DNA of 63,919 bases, the filler included, from Octopus bimaculoides (lineage: Eukaryota), in assembly GCF_001194135.2 (NCBI RefSeq). It is 5 parts of 4 records of this genome, joined end to end, with 100 filler letters (N's around TTAATTAATTAA, not from the genome) between each part and the next. Parts side by side here need not be neighbours in the genome. Positions count along the whole stretch, not along the records: positions 52,710 to 62,736 come from NC_068981.1; positions 62,837 to 63,919 come from NC_068988.1; 3 more parts are not named here. One strand, 5' to 3'. The notes below the pieces were generated by a model. That model searched no databases and had not been told where the DNA came from. It worked only from the letters and a program-made list of their open reading frames with translations. Both the position numbers and the translations under genes were made by a program. Below, in pieces: positions 62,350 to 63,919 of this stretch. Every line of letters starts with the position of its first letter. The stretch's first letter is position 1.

Positions 62350-62350
62350 T
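62131..62350. repeat. (TA)n, (GA)n, (GACA)n, (GATA)n microsatellites
   Basis: Direct inspection. Confidence 0.9.
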
Positions 62351-62547
62351 CTTCAGTCAAACCAATGTAGCAGGGGTAAAAATCATTTGGTTGGGAGGGG
62401 AGGCCACCCGTTATACGCATTCACGAATATTTTTCGTGGCGTTACGCTGCGTCAGTTCCGGGCTGTTACGCCTAGCGTAGCAATGTGTAAAATGCGCTCG
62501 TCAGATATTGATGGGGGTGCTTGCAACTCGGCTGCTAGTTCATCGCA

Positions 62548-62548
62548 T

Positions 62549-62630
<82 letters not shown>

Positions 62631-62678
62631 ACTACTACTACTACTACTACTACTACTAATAATAATAATAATAATAAT

Positions 62679-62735
<57 letters not shown>

Positions 62736-62736
62736 T
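62548..62736. repeat. (TAC)n-(TGC)n-(TAC)n-(TAA)n compound triplet repeat
   Basis: Direct inspection. Confidence 0.95.
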
Positions 62737-62836
62737 NNNNNNNNNNNNNNNNNNNNNNNNNNNNNNNNNNNNNNNNNNNNTTAATTAATTAANNNNNNNN
62801 NNNNNNNNNNNNNNNNNNNNNNNNNNNNNNNNNNNN
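62737..62836. other. Artificial scaffold spacer 44N-TTAATTAATTAA-44N
   Basis: Same 100-bp structure. Confidence 0.97.
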
Positions 62837-62909
62837 ATGTAATCGAATTAATCCCTCTGTCTGTCCTTGTTTGTCCCCTCTATGTTTAGCCCCTTGCGGG
62901 CAATAAAGA

Positions 62910-62912
<3 letters not shown>
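62837..62912 (+). mobile_element. SINE family B tail type 2 fragment
   Basis: Reverse-complement homolog of 33972-34055. Confidence 0.85.
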
Positions 62913-62953
<41 letters not shown>

Positions 62954-63655
62954 ACATAGAGTCTTATGAACCTACATACATACATGCACGCAAGCACGTA
63001 CGTATACACACACGTGCACATTGATTTTTAACATTTGTGTAAAACTGGAGATAAGGTACATGCTATATATTTCACATGTGCATATCGCGTGTGTTCATCA
63101 TGTGTTACATATACACCAGAGGGGAAAACGGAATGAGTCATCGAAAACAAATATTACTTAGCAGAGAGCATAAGAACAATGATATTGTATATTTCATATA
63201 CAGAAAACGCCCAAACAAATGATATGGAATTGTTCAATGCATAAGGGTTCAGGAATAGGCGGGTGGGTTACAAAGGAAAACAGAGAAGAATGATTTCTTC
63301 TCTGTCTTTTGTTGTATCTTTTTCTTTTTCTTATTTCTCTATTGCTCTCTTTTTTTTCTTTCTCCAAATCAACCACAGAACATGCTGTAGTAAAAATACA
63401 AAACACAGATCAGCATTAGTCGCAATACAAATAACAGCAGTTACAAACAACAGCATCGGCTGTAATACTAATAGCATATCAAGTCAAATTGGAGGAGACT
63501 CTAGGTGGTGTTCGTTTCAACCGTTTAGAAATAGCAGCTTAATCTCCTTCGAATCCCATTCCATCAAAATACCACTGCACCTGAAAAACGTTCACGATAG
63601 GAATGCTATTGATTGTAGTTCTGGTTGATCAGAACTGAGAACTAAACAACTGCAG

Positions 63656-63919
63656 CATCGTACTTACGACGTCGAGGGTTCCAGTTGATCCGATCAACGG
63701 AACAGCCTGCTCGTGAAATTAACGTGCGAGTGGCTGAGCACTCCACAGACACGTGTGCCCTCAACGTAGTTCTCGGGGATATTCAGCGTGACACAGTGTG
63801 ACAAGGCTGACCCTTTGAATTACAGGCACAACAGAAACAGGAAGTAAGAGTGAGAGAAAGTTGTGGTGAAAGACTACAGCAGGGTTCGCCACCATCCCCT
63901 ACCAGAGCCTCGTGGAGCT
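63656..63919 (-). mobile_element. SINE family C, 3' two-thirds (runs off window)
   Basis: Close reverse-complement homolog of 9750-10015. Confidence 0.92.

Noticed and set aside
63331-63477. 48-aa minus-strand ORF with hydrophobic N-terminus and basic tail (MLLVLQPMLLFVTAVIC...WRKKKKRAIEK)
   Set aside because: Hydrophobicity and the Lys run are explained by T-rich and A-rich tracts; no independent support for translation.

Overview
AT-rich, microsatellite-dense animal genomic DNA. It is most likely a coleoid cephalopod (Octopus-like); this is inferred from the tRNA-headed SINE families and the repeat landscape, not from a database search. I find no intact host protein-coding gene, rRNA, true tRNA or CRISPR array. 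The window is a transposon graveyard: CR1-, RTE- and four R4/Dong-clade LINE fragments, Penelope relics, three recurrent SINE families (called A, B, C here), two near-full-length mariners, DD37D/maT-like and Tc1 relics, two hAT MITEs with 8-bp TSDs, two Helentron-associated (DINE-1-like) elements and many simple repeats. Four identical 100-bp spacers (44N-TTAATTAATTAA-44N) show that at least five sequence pieces were joined artificially, so adjacency across them is unproven. Nearly all long ORFs in the supplied track are microsatellite or N-gap artefacts. The most interesting signals are: a ~3-kb decayed intronless reading frame of unknown family (12.9-15.9 kb); a decayed rhodopsin-class GPCR (24.3-25.3 kb); three different minimal hammerhead-ribozyme-like motifs (40.3, 41.8, 55.9 kb); a CR1 3' end sharing its tail with SINE family A; a tail-to-tail R4 LINE fusion with a template-switch hairpin; and a ~290-bp near-perfect palindrome. 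All family assignments come from manual translation and motif recognition and need confirmation by HMM or repeat-library searches.
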